Assembly (NCBI RefSeq): GCF_009834535.1
Contig: NC_045696.1
Location: forward strand, 74,216,001 to 74,280,000
From: Camelus ferus
Lineage: Eukaryota
Length of the DNA: 64,000 bases
Direction of reading: 5' to 3'
Below, one piece after another: positions 50,800-63,600 of this stretch; positions within the stretch are counted from its first letter, which is position 1; each line of letters begins with the position of its first letter. The translations under genes and the position numbers were made by a program. The notes under the pieces were generated by a model. The model made no database searches. It was not told the DNA's origin and was given only the letters and a program-made list of their open reading frames with translations.

Positions 50800-52500
50800 A
50801 AGCTGAGATCTTTAATAAGTCCTGTCTCTGTTCTGTTGTGTTGTACATTTTGTGATGCTTTCTTAACTTTATTTTTGACCCTTTTATTGATTTGTTGTTC
50901 TTGTTGTTTTTCTGGTTCCCTTTTTTTAATTTCTAAGAGTTCTTTCCTTGTCTTTTGTTCCCTTTATATATTACTCTCATTCATGCAGTATCTTCCCTCA
51001 TCCTTCTGAGGATACAAATTATAGGGTGGTTTTTTTTTTTGTCTTTGTTCCCTCTGAGGATTTTATTTGTTTGCTTTCTGTTTGCTTTGTCCTCTTTATT
51101 TCAAGTTGGAGGTTTTGCTTAATTTTCTAGTGTACCATGCACATTTAAGAGACAGGTTCCACAAATATGGCTGGAGTTTTTCTAGGGGAAGTGGGAAAAA
51201 GATGACCTTTTAAATTGCTAGGCTTTCTTTTAGAACAAAGGGGTTAGGATGATAACTTTTTAGATAATGGAGCCTAAATGTAGCTGATATTGGGGCCCCT
51301 TCTCAATTTCCCAAGGAAGTAATCCTCTTTTATTTAGCCTGGGGTAGGTAAATGACTGACTGTTGTTATGGGAACAGCGTTGGAGGAGACCCCTGATTCA
51401 TCCCATTGAGACATCCCTCAATCCTTCTGTTTTCAAGTTTACCACATTCCACTGTGTCTGGACTTCACTTCAGTGTCACTCGCTGCAGGCATAGGGGTTA
51501 TAGCTTCCTTCCCTCACTGAGTTAATTACTATTCCTCCATTGGCTCTTTGTTTTCCCAAAATTGTATCATCTCTCATCTGCTTTTGTGTTCTTTCCTGAT
51601 CCATTTTTACTTGTAGTTATATGCTCTTTAAAAATCCTTTTACTGATATTTTAGAAAGGTTTCCACAGAGAGAGGAGATAAATGCATTTATTCAATCACA
51701 CTCCCATCTTTTCCTCCCTAGTTTAAATGTTACTTTCATAATACACTAAAATTGGCATATACTTGGCAATATTTTGAGGCATTCTGATCTATCCTACTGT
51801 GCTATCTAATTATGTAACAGTACCAGACTTCTAATTATCATGACTTTATAATATATTTTCATTTCTGGCAGTATAATTCCTAATCAGAATTCTTTTTAAA
51901 ATTTCAAAAATTTTCTTGGCTGTTCTCATACTTTCTAGATTAACTCTAAAATCAAGTTGTATCAAATTTATAAATCAGTTTGAGAAAATTGACTTTTTCC
52001 TATTTGTGTCTTCACATTCAAGAACTTTGTATGAGTCTGTTTATTCAGTAAAGTTTTATATTTTCTTTCATATCAATACTGATTAATTCTTAAACCTTTT
52101 TTTTAGGTATTTCATGTTTGAATTTTATTTTGAAAAGAAAAATTTTTTATGATATTTTCTAATGTGTTTTTGCTGATACAATGAGAAACTACTGATTTTT
52201 TTTAAATCAATTTATAATTTGAAATTTTACAGATTGTTAACTTTTCCTAATAGGTTTCTTCTTGAGTCACTTAGATTTTCTAGGTACATAGACATGGAAT
52301 CTGCATTTAATTAGAATAGTTGTTTGGTTGCCAAGAATTATTTTTATTCATTTTCCTGGATTATTACACTAGCTGCCATTTGAAATATAACATTAAATAA
52401 TGATAGTAATAATGGGCATTATTATCTTGTTACAGATTTCATAGGAATGTCTCTGGTGTTTGTTATTAAGAATAAATTTGTCAGGTTCAAACAAAAAACT
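50800..52500 (-). mobile_element. Highly decayed old L1 (L1ME/L1M4-type) pieces
   Basis: T-rich antisense L1 signatures such as 'cttagattttctaggtacata...atctgca' and 'aatgggcattattatcttgtt'. Confidence 0.55.
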
Positions 52501-52549
52501 TTTATGACTTCATTAAAGAGAACACAATAAATGAGAGCTTTTGTCAAAT

Positions 52550-53320
52550 CCTCTCACTGCCACCTAGCAGCTCTTGACTCTTCCATCTACCTTCCCCTCT
52601 CCCATATCCAGTCATCACTAAGACTTCACCATTCTACCTCCTAAATATCTCTTAAATCTGCCCTGGCTTTCCTCTTCTACTGCCTTAGTTCATACTGTTA
52701 CCCCCTCTCTTCTATTATCATACGAACTTATACCTAACTGCCAAGCTGCCCCAATTCATTCTCATACTTCTGCTCAAATGAACTTTTCTAAAATGCAAAA
52801 CTGATTATGTCACACACCGCCCCCCACCCCCCACTTAAAATAGCTCTCTAGTGCTCTCAGAATAAAATCTAAACTCCTTAATATGGCTCACAAGGAGCTG
52901 AATGATCGGCCCTACTTACCTCTTCAGCTTCACCTCTCACCACCGGCCATCTGCCTCTACACTCCACCATACTCTATTTCCTCTCAGTTTGCAGTCTGTG
53001 TGCATATTATTTCTTCTGCCCAAAACACTTGTTTTCCTTCTTTGCTGGCTAACTCCTCTTCCTTCAGCAAGCTTTCCAAGACACACCAGCCTGGAAGAGC
53101 TACCCTTGATACATGGCCCCCTTAGCACCTGTACTTCCTTCACAATTACTCTGTTTTCACTCTGTAGTACAATTACTCGGTTACCATTCTGTCTTCCCCA
53201 CTATTATGTAAACTAGCTGAAACCAGAGACGGTACCCATCTTTTTCATTGTTTCATGTCCAGTGCCTGGCAGAGCACCTGAAATTAGTGCTCAATAAATA
53301 TTTGTTAAGTAAACTAATGT
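52550..53320 (+). mobile_element. L2 LINE 3' region
   Basis: 'ccatatccagtcatcactaag...ctacctcctaaatatctc', 'ccagtgcctggcagagcacctg...gtgctcaataaatatttgtt'. Confidence 0.85.
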
Positions 53321-54620
53321 TCAGTGAGGAAACAGATATTGGATAGATCAGTGTGTATTTTTTCTTTGAACTACCTACTGATAGTATTACTGATATTTTA
53401 ATAATTTATCACCCTTGAATGTCTGGAATAAGACCTATCTGGCTTTGGCATAATTGTCTCCTAATATACTGCTGATTCAATTACTTAATATTTAAAAGGT
53501 TATTTTGCATCTATCTTTGCATCTTTCTATCCTTCAGATTATTCTGGGGTTTTTCTTTTGTTGCTGTTTGTTTGTTTTTTACTATCTTTGCCAGATTTTG
53601 ATATTATATATGATAACTTGATTTTATTATTATTTTTCTGTATTTAAACTCCTTGGGAACTCTCATTTAATACTGTAGCCCCAGAATCTAATAGAGTAGG
53701 TACCCAATAAATATTTGTTAAATGAATACATAAACTGAATTGGAAAGCTTTCTTTATTTTTTCTGTGAGTTGCAACTGAATTCGTTGTTCCTTTAAAGTT
53801 AAAATGACCAATATCAACACACATTAAACTTGAAGCTTTACATGGATCAGGAAGGAATGAGAGGAGGAGGAATTTGATGAGTTCCTTTAATTTTCTCTGC
53901 TTTTGATCTATTCGTATTTTTTAGTTCCTCTTATTCAATTTTTATGTTTATTATCCAAAATATCATACATGTAGTCCAAATTTGTAGGTTGTATTCCTCC
54001 ATCATAAACCATATTTTCTTTGAAAAATACGAAAATTATAACAAAGTGAAAATCACCGAGAATTCATATAGATATAGATGCAGATAAAGATATATAACCT
54101 ACATCCAATCCCAATCCCCAGATAATTGTATTTGTTGCTAATTTATGACTGATTCTATACATTTTCTTATCGACTCATTCAAACACATGTTAACAATCTT
54201 TCATTTTGTGACTTGCTGAAAGTCTCCCTATGTCAAACCATAAAAATAGTCTCTTCATATTTTGTTCTAATACTGTCAGGTTTTTTTTATATTTGCATAT
54301 TTAATTTCTCCAGAATTTATTTTGATTTAGCATAAAGCAGGGCTCTAATCTGACTATATCTGGCAATTGTCCAATGTCATTTATTGACTAAATCTTTCAT
54401 TTACTTGGCTGAAGTGAGGTATCGCTTTGATCGCTTTGGTAACTATGTAGTCACTTGTTTCATTGAATTAATTAATAGTAGACTTTTATAGTAATGTTGG
54501 CAATCTAACAATGACAGAATATCTGTCCCTTAGAAATAACATTAATGGAAGCATCCTTAGAATGCCATCAATGTTGGTTTCTGCTTTAATCCTCCGGGGC
54601 CAGATTGTCTGAATTTGAAT

Positions 54621-55339
54621 CAGTGGTGCACTGCGGTCTGCTTGCACAGGCTCAAAGGAGCAAATTGTGTGCATCTTCCAACTCTACTCACAGTGTCTAC
54701 TGTGAACGAAAAATACTGCAAACCACATCAGTAAACAAAGAATGCTGAAGCCATCAAGTCATCAGTGGCTGCCACCACCCCACAGTGAAGACAAGCCTGC
54801 AGCCCAGCCTCTGCTGCACTCACAATGGTGCCCTCTGAGCGAACTCAGAATAAGAAAGGACAGGAGACTGGCCCTAGATAGCTAAGTGCTTGTCAAAGGA
54901 ATGAATTCAATGAGCCCAAATGTTTGCTCCCTCCCATACATAGAAAAGCACTGAATTCTTTAACTTGAGATGCCTGGTTTTCTTTAGTTAACAAGTAATC
55001 TTCTAATGTTCCAACTACCTGGTCTTTGTTGTAAAGATCCTATATATCCTAGCTCCTCCTCTACCTCTTCAGAACAGTCCCTCAGAGTGATCTGAGTGGC
55101 TGTCATCCCAGGCTTTAAGGGGTTCAAGTCCTCAGAAATGTCCGCTGAATAAAACATAACTCTCAACTTTTAGGCTGTGCACTTATTTCAGTCGACACTA
55201 CTCTTTGGTAGTTTGAAATTGATCGTGGTGGAAGTACTTGCAAACACTGCAAATCAAGGCTTATTGAAGGGAGGGGGAAGGGAGTGTGAGAGGAGTGCTG
55301 TTTGTTAGTTATTGCTAAGCATTTCCCAGCACACCACTA
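54621..55339. mobile_element. MER63-like hAT-Blackjack MITE, split by an LTR
   Basis: TIR-like ends 'cagtggtgcactg' and 'cagcacaccacta'. 8-bp TSD atttgaat/gtttgaat. Internal 'ttggtagtttgaaattg...gtggtggaagta'. Confidence 0.8.
54701..55197 (+). mobile_element. ERV1-class solo LTR with perfect 4-bp TSD
   Basis: TG...CA termini. TSD CTAC at 54697-54700 and 55198-55201. TATA-like 55041-55047, AATAAA 55148-55153. Confidence 0.92.
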
Positions 55340-55920
55340 GTTTGAATTCTCAGTCTGTTGTTTACTAGATAACTCTGGGCAAGTTATCTATCTGCACCTC
55401 AATGTCTTCATCTGAAAATGAGCATAATAATAGTGAGTCCCTTGTAGTTTTTCTATGAGGATTAAAGGAGTTAAAACAAGTAAGACATTTTAAATAGTGT
55501 CAGATACATATAACCATTTATAATTTTCTTTTTTTCTAATTTGAAATTTTTGTTGTGTGATTATTATCCTCTTCTTTTTGGTCTTAGTCATGTTTTTCTA
55601 ACTTGCACTGAATTCTTTTTTCATTTGTTTTTATTATTTCTTATTTAAACTTTCTTTAAGACTGTTGATTTATCTCTGAATTCATTTTTTACCACATTGT
55701 ATATATTCCTTATGCAGTTTTCTCACTGTCATTTTATTTCACACGGTCTTTGAGTTGCAAATTTTCTTTTCAGAGTAAATATATGCATGGTGTTAAATAT
55801 TAGAGTTCTGAAGGACTATAAAGAAAATTAACCAACTTGTACCCTATCCCTCTCCACTAAAGTGCCTCTAACTGGTGATAGCCATTTAAACCAATTTTGT
55901 CTTAATGCCTATAGTGATGA

Positions 55921-56530
55921 TGATGCAGGAAAACAGATGTGGGGCGTGAGGAGGGCCATGTCCCAGGCTTCAGTTGAGCCCCTGGGATGTGCCCTGCCAA
56001 GTGTGCGTCCTTGGCTTCACGCAGGAAAGAATTCAAGAGCGAGCCACAGTTGAGTAAATGTAGATTTATTCAGAGAGATACATTGAAAGGCAAGAGAAAG
56101 GCCACAAGGCGTGGGTGTTGGGTGCTCAGATTAAAAGTAGGTACACACTCTCTGGGGCGTCTCTGAACGGAGAGAGAGGGGCAATGGCGAGGAGCCACGT
56201 TGCCAGTTTTCATGGGCTTGGTGGCTTCATATGCTAATAAGTGGAAGGACCTGTCTAAGTAGTCTGGGGAAGGGGCTGGGATTCCCAGGAGTTGGCCATT
56301 TCCCACTCTGACCTTCTGTGGCTAGCCTTGAGACTGCCATGGTGCCTATGGGCATGTTGTTCACCATGCTAATATATTACAATGGGCATATAATGGAGCT
56401 CAAGATCTGCTAGAAGTTAAATCTCCCATCTTGAGCCTCAAGGCCTACTGGGAGTTGAATCTTTCACCATTTTGATGTTAATTGCTGTAGCATTCCTTGA
56501 ATGGCTGTGCCTTGCTGCCTTCCTGTCTCA
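55921..56530 (-). mobile_element. ERV1 solo LTR (MER41-like)
   Basis: Minus strand starts 'tgagacaggaaggcagc'. AATAAA on minus at 56065-56070. 'gcaggaaagaattcaagagcgagcca'. Near-TSD atga/ataa. Relatively CpG-rich. Confidence 0.8.
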
Positions 56531-59500
56531 ATAATCTATTTATCTCTAAATAAGATCACTAAACTTCTATTTCAAGATTGACATAATTTAGATATCCTCG
56601 GTTGAGTTCTTATTTTGATAGATAAGGATTTAACACAATTTTATCACGCTTCTTCCCCCACCCTCTTTTCTCACCAGAATTATACCACTATTTTCAATTT
56701 CCATTTTAGCAACATTCTTAAACCACCACTTCTTTTCTCAATAACAATATACACAGCTTTTAACTACTCTCTTTGCATAAGAACATTATCGCTGCTTATC
56801 TTCCCTTGCCCTTCAAATCCCAGCTGGAGTGGGCTTTATCTTAGCATTTTCATTGTCATTTTTATTTTCTTCTATCATCTTAGTTTCTCCATTACATGCT
56901 TATAAACTGTCTGTAAATCCTAAAAGTTGAAAACCAATACTTAGTGATTACACTCTAATGACTAGGTAAATTTTTCAGCTATTGTTGTTGTCGTTTTAGT
57001 AGTTTTAATGGTATCCTGTTTTATCAAAGGAGAATATTCTCAAGCCAAGTTCAAATTTATTCCTCTTGTGTGCACACTATTTGATGGCTAAGACATGCTA
57101 CATATTTGATGGCTGCCTCTTTGGATTATGACTTTGTCATATAGTTTTCTTTTGTTTGTTTTGCTTTAATGGAATCTCTGATTGTATTTCTTGGTGTACT
57201 TTTATCATATAAAGTAGTCCCAAGCTTTTCATCATTGTATATTTTCTATCACATTTTTAATACCTTTATTGTGGTATAGTTCCACAATAAACTACACATA
57301 TTTCAGATGTACAATTTGATGAATTTTGGTAGATGTATACACCAGTGAAACCACCACCACAATCAAGATAGCTAACATTTCCATCACTCCCCAAGAGGTG
57401 CAAATTTAAAATTCCCAATTTATCGCTTCCTACCCTCTTTACCACCCAGTAACCATAAGTTTGTTCTCTATGTCTTTGAGTCTGTTTCTGTTTTATAGAT
57501 AAGTTCATTTGTATCTTTTTTTTTTTAGATTCCACATATAAGTGGTATCATATGGTATTTTTCTTTCTCTCTTAGAATGACAATCTCCAGGTCCATCCAT
57601 GTTGCTTCAAATGACATTACTCTATTCTTTTTTATAGCTGAGTAGTATTCCATTGTATATATATAATATATCTTCTTCATCTAGTCATCGGTTGTTGGAC
57701 AATTAGGTTGTTTCTATGTCTTGGCTATTGTAAACAGTGCTGTGTACATTGGGGTGCATGTGTCTTTTCGAATTATATTTTCCTCCAGATGTATTTATCT
57801 ATATACATTTTAAGTTGTTTTGTTTTGTTTTTTCCCAGAATCCCTCTTCTCCAATCTGAACTGTTCTCTGAGCCAAGGATAGAACTTCACTTCCTTTCAC
57901 TGTTCCCTGACCTCCCATTTTAATTCATGCCCTTGTTTCAACAGAGTACATCCTCTTAAAAAGTAAATCCTAAGAAAGACAGTATCTGGGTCCTTTCATA
58001 TTTTAAAATATTTTTATCCTGTTTTCATACTTGTTAAAAATATGACTGGGAAGAGAAGTTTACTTTAAAAATTGTTCTTCCTCAGATACCTGAAGGCATT
58101 TGTTCCATTGTCTCATAGCACCCCACATTTCTGAGAAATATAATTTCAGTTGGAGTCTCATTTTTTTGTAGATTATCTTTTGTTCCCTTTGGAAGCTTTA
58201 GGAACTTCTCTATGATTAATTTTCTAATACTTCACATAGATATGTCAGATTTTAATCTTTTATTCATCCATCTTGTGCAATACATGAACATTTTCTCTTC
58301 AGCTCTGGGAAATTATAAATTTTATAATTACAACATTTACATTTATAATTTAAAAACCTTCTTTCCAGTTCTTTTCTAACCTCTCTTTTTGGGTCAGGTA
58401 ATTGGATATTGGATTCCTAGAACTGACCCTCTATGTATCTTATCCTTTTTCACATAATTTTATGGTTGTCTTTTTATTCTACATTCTGTGTAAATTCTTT
58501 ATTTTCAAATTTGAAATTATTTTTAATATAGTAATCTTATATTTAATTTTCAAGAGTTAATCTTGTCTGAATTTGTCTTCCCATAAAAGATAGTACTAGT
58601 AATATGCATGTATTATAGTCTTGAATTTCCCTGAGGTTAATAATTAGAGTTTTCTTTTTGAAGTTCTCTTCTCTTCCTCAATTTATTTCTGTTTTTTCTA
58701 GAGACAGTTTTTTTCCATTTTATTCTCTTGGTTTTTCTATCATGCTGCAGGCTTCCTTTGAATTTCTGGTGATTCTTATTTTTTCATTTATATTTAATAA
58801 TCTAAATGTCATTTGGATTTCCTCAGTGATACAAAATTATTTGAACATTTTTTAATTGGAAGAGTTCTTTCTGTTAATGTTCTGTTGTTTTGTTGGAGTA
58901 AACTAAACTCTTCTACTATTTACTATTTGGAATCAAATTACTATTTGAGTCTACTGATGTCAGGGGCTGTGACCTGTACAATTTTGCCCTTGAAGATAAA
59001 TTAAGATGTAATTTGTGGCTTATGTGATCAATTTTTATAAATATGTCATGAATATTATACATACACATATATATATTTGGTCTTAATTATATATTCAAAA
59101 TATTTAAATCTTATTTAATTTTGTCACATTGATCTGTCAATGGCTGAAAGATTTCCACTAAATTCTCCCTCTACAACAGTGCTAATACTGTTTTTATTAT
59201 CCAAATATTCCATTTTAATTGCTAAAATATTAATGAAGGATCAAGAGTAATATTCAAAACCTACATACACACCACCCGGAACAAACATATAATATTCATT
59301 ATATTTGCTGCAGTTAAAAAAAGTTTTATTTAATCTATTTAAATAAAAGAAAATAAACATATAAAGTTGAATTCCATTTGATCCTCAACCAAGCCCATTC
59401 TCCCTTCTCTCTTCTTAAAGACAAGAATGAATTTGTTGTGTATTACTTCAGTCCATGTGACTGTCTATTCATTTATAATATAAATCTGCAAATATGTATT

Positions 59501-60300
59501 TTTAAATTCATCTAAATTATGTTTCTTTCTACAATTTTTATTTCAATATTATGTTTTAGAGAATTAATTCTTTCATATATTTTGACTGTTTCCAGTGATG
59601 ATTTTTCTAGAATTGTCTTGCCAGTTCTTGGGCATCTCATAGGTAAATTTCTGAATCAAATCTTTGTTGTTGGAATTTCATGAAATTTATAGATAAATAT
59701 GAAGAAAATTAACATGCTTGCAGGATTTTAAAATTCCACCTAGAATATGGTGTATTTCATTATTGATTTAGGTTGTTATAATTTGTGTACCACATTAAAT
59801 ACCTAGATTTTGTTTTGTTTTTCTCAAATCTGAGTCTTTTAATTGATGAATTTATTCTATGTGCATTTATTTTTTGTGTGTGCATTTATTTTGATTATAC
59901 CTACATTTTTGCTTGTTTCTACTACACTATTTGGTTTTCAACTTACCATTTTTTCTTTCCTGTATTTACAATAAGTTTTATTATTTCCTTTATTCCTAAA
60001 TAGTTGGCTGCCTTAAAATTATATCTGTAAATAATTCCTTCAGTAAATTCTACGAGTGGCCAACTTCCTGAGTTTTTGAAAAACCATCCATCTTTCCTCA
60101 CTCTTTAATACTCTATTTGACAGGTATTTTTCTAACTTTGAAAATGTCATTCTGTTGTCTCGATAGCTACTGTTGCTCCCAAGAAGTTGGCTATTGGTCT
60201 ACTCATTGCTTCTTAGAAGAGAATTTGACTTTCCTCTGGTTGCTTTTGAGATTTTCTCTAATCCAGGCAGCCTGGCTACAGAGGCCACACTTTTAATTAC
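56530..60300 (-). mobile_element. Patchwork of very old L1/HAL1-like fragments
   Basis: Long T-rich stretches with antisense ORF1-region motifs such as 'cctcagatacctgaaggcatttgttccattgtct' and 'ttctcttcagctctgggaa'. Confidence 0.5.
57263..57795 (-). mobile_element. L1 composite: old L1MB/ME-type 3' end (57263-57397) fused to a camelid-like L1 lacking its tail (57398-57795)
   Basis: 57399 onward aligns by eye to 12009 onward. 57263-57397 has a different, older 3'UTR ('gatgtatacaccagtgaaaccaccaccacaatcaagata'). Confidence 0.75.
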
Positions 60301-60399
60301 TGCACTATGCTACATGTTAATTTTTCACACAGTGACCCTTTTGCTAAATACCAAAGATAGGTATTATTTATGCTTTGAGGATTTTTATTTTTAATGGCA

Positions 60400-61060
60400 T
60401 GAGTACACCCCTTGACAAAAATATCAAGAGAAAACTACATTAGCATGGACAAAGCAGGAGAGATGCCTTAGACAAGTTGATGAGAGAAATAGATGAGTAC
60501 AGCCAGAGTAGTGATCTATGGTAGTCAATGATAACTGGTATCAAGCTGTGAAAAATTCAAATACTCATAAATACTAGAAGAAGATAATACAATGAGAGTC
60601 CAGGCTTCCTAGAGTTATATCAGATGGACTTTGAACATTTTAGCTAATTATTATAGAACTAAGGGACATCTTTGTTACATTTAGGCTCACCATAAAGGGA
60701 AACTATTTTTAAAGGAAAAAATATTTTGGAAGACTATTAAGGGGGTAAATAATCTGAATTAAAATTTATTTACTCTGCTAGGCTATCATTGACTAGTGAA
60801 GGTAAATGAAGAATAGTCTCCAATACTCAGCAGCTCATAAAACTTGTCTGAAAAATCTGAGTGAAGATACAATTCAGCCATCTTAAAGATGAATCAACAA
60901 ATTAACTCACGAGAGGTGAAGACAGTAAAAAAATGAAAACTGTCAGGAAGTTCTGAATCCACTTAAACACAGCAGTAACTATGGCTACAAAACAAAGTAA
61001 CTGTAATTCTTGAAATTAAAGTCCATAATGTAAAAAAATCATAGTGTGTTCAATGTCATA
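60400..61060 (+). mobile_element. Probable CR1/L3 LINE RT relic
   Basis: 'ttgacaaaaatatc...gcatggacaaagcaggagagatg', 'ccagagtagtgatctatggt' and 'ggctacaaaacaaagtaactgtaattctt' resemble L3 ORF2 blocks. Very diverged. Confidence 0.4.
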
Positions 61061-61779
61061 ATACAGAATAGAATAAATATTTATGGAATAAAAAAATTCA
61101 AGAAAATGTCAATAAAAATGGATTGGGGGAGAACTTGAAAATGGAAAATAGTGAAAGAGAGGTAATATAGAAGTGGGAATTTCACAGGGAGTCAAAACAA
61201 AAGATAAAATTTCATTTCTGAAGTTAATACATTGAAAAATATGTTTTAATCACATTCATGAAAGATTTAAATGCCATTTTAAATGGAGGTTTCAGAACCA
61301 TAGATTTTATTTTTGTTAAAGCAAATGTGTACCAAGTTTCTTTCTAATTGAACATTGAGAATTGATTCCAGAAGTCTTTTTCTAAATGCATTTATTCAAA
61401 GTCATTTAAATTTTTACAAAGGTGCATAAAAACTCAGGAGACAGGCTGTTTAAAGTGGGAAATGTAATTTTGTGAGGGTTTTTTTGGTATGTGTGTATGT
61501 ATTTATTTATTTATTTATTGCATTATAAACTGACCTGTAAAAGGAATTTGTAAGATCATTGTATGTGATTTGTAAGAGGAATGGCTTGAAGGAGATGATA
61601 GCTAGGGTTAGGAGGTAAAATCAGTAGCTAGAATTGGAGGTTAGGTTTAGCTACTGTTTGGATCTAGGACATGAGGTTAGATACCAGAGATTAAATTCAG
61701 TGTACAGTGGGCAGAGTATGCATGTGTTCTGAAGGTGTTTGATTTATAGTTGATTTATTAAAGATATGTTCTGATACCT

Positions 61780-63600
61780 ATGCATTTCTTTACTACTATT
61801 GAAAAATATTCTACTGGATATGGAATTCTGGGTTGACAGTTTTTGTTCTTTCAGCATTTTAAAGATGTCACCCCGTTGTATCTAGCTTAGAGAGTTTCTA
61901 ATGAGAAGTCGGCTCTAATTCTTATCTTTGTTCTGCTACATGTAATGTGGTGTTCTTTTTTTTTTCCCTTTGGTTACCTTAAAGATTTTCTCTTTATCTT
62001 TGATTTTAACAGTTTAAGCATATGTATAGACATATGTAGGTGTATGTGTTTTGTTTCTTTTGTATTAATCCTGCTTGGATTTCTCTGAGTTATTGGCTCT
62101 GTGGATCTTTCATTATTTGGGGAGAGGAGATATTTAACTTTTGTCTCTGAATATTTCTTCCTCTCTTCTCCTTATGAAATTAAATTGCATGTATAGTAGA
62201 GCTTTTGGTGCTGACCCACAGCATTTGACGCTGTGTTGTCTTAAGAATTTTTACATGATAATTTTCATTCTCCTATCTTCAAGTACACTGATTTTTTTTT
62301 TCTTTTTGCTTAGTTGAGTCTACCTGTCAAAGGAATTCCTCATCTCTATGACTGAATTTTTATTTCCACCATGTCCATTTGACTCTTCTTGTTCCTGTTT
62401 CTCTGCTGAAATTTCCCGTCTGTTCATGAATGTGGTCTACTTTTTACACTAGAGCCTTTAACATATTATCATATTTTATAATCCCTATCTAATAATTTCA
62501 ACATCTGGGTCATTTCTATGTCTGAATTGGTAGATTGTCTTCTATCTTGACACTGTTTTTATTTTTATCTTGCTTTTTTGTGTGACATGATTTTTATTAT
62601 TTGTATGAGAGTAGAAGCTAAGATAAATATTATTTATGCCTTGAAAGGCATATGATATGTATGTTTCTTTTGCCGCTAAATGATTACTATGAGTGGTTGA
62701 GTCAAGAGTTGGTCTGGAGGGTTTCTTGTTGCTACTGTTAACTTCCATGCCTTACCAACTAAAAATTCCCCTAGCATTACCGAGTGCTTAGGTTGGGGGC
62801 TAGCATGCAGATGAGTTTTTCTTAATAATTCTGCTCTGCTCTTACATTTTGTACCTTTGCTGTGTACCCGGGCCTTAGAGGGAGCCTCTCTGTAAGTCCT
62901 TGCCATATCCCCAATGGTAGACAGCTGTTTCTTAGTACTTGGTTCTTGTCTACCTTATGCTTAGGAGAAGGAATGTTATCTTCTGTCTCAGTTTGGCGTG
63001 TCTTAAGCAGGCTTTGCATTCCTAGGTTTGTTAGCTGTGGCTTCTCCAGAGGTCTCGTCCCTTCTCCCCAGTGGCAGCCAAGGTCTGCCTTTTATCTTCA
63101 GGAGGTCTTGTATAATAGTGAGATTCCTGCTCCCTCCCTGACAGTAGAATAACTCTAATGGTTGCGGCCAAGGAAAATTTCCCCCTACTACTACCCAAGA
63201 TAGAGGGCTTTCTTTTTTTAGCTTTTACCCTTTCCCCAGGTGCAATAAATTGTCACCTGTGTCCTAGAGACAATAAGGTTTGCTTCCCTTCCATGAGAGA
63301 CTTAAGGCTTTTCTTCTTTGGGCATATAGGACCCAAACAGTTTGTACTTTCCCCACAGGGAGGCCACTCCCTCTCTCCAGGTCTGCGTTACCAACAGAAG
63401 CTTTCTTTGGTCTCCTTCTTAGTCTTTCTCATAAGTACCCCATGGACACATGTGAGAAGATCCTGTGAGCTGGTATAAAATCCACTTATACCTGTGGTTT
63501 TCAAGGCTTTTATAGTTTCACAAAAGCCCACAATTGGCTTTTAGCAGTATGTTAAAATTTTAGCTGAATTCTTCCTGCCTGCTTAAATAGTACACACACG
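61780..63600 (-). mobile_element. Old L1 (L1M4/L1MC-D type) ORF1 region and 5' region
   Basis: 'ggatatggaattctgggttgacagtttt...cagcattttaaagatgtca...ttctaatgagaagtc' followed by GC-richer 5'UTR-like sequence. Confidence 0.7.

Larger units (their letters stand above)
54595..55530 (+). mobile_element. MIR split by MER63 (MIR pieces ~54595-54620 and 55340-55530)
   Basis: 'cagattgtctgaatttgaat' continues as 'tttgaattctc...ctgggcaagttatct...cctcaatgtcttcatctgaaaatg'. Confidence 0.7.

Noticed and set aside
54701..56530. The two neighbouring LTRs as ends of one provirus
   Set aside because: Different sequences, opposite orientation, separate TSDs, and no gag/pol between them.
62542..63478. Several ORFs up to 106 aa
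   Set aside because: Inside the 5' region of an old L1; chance frames.
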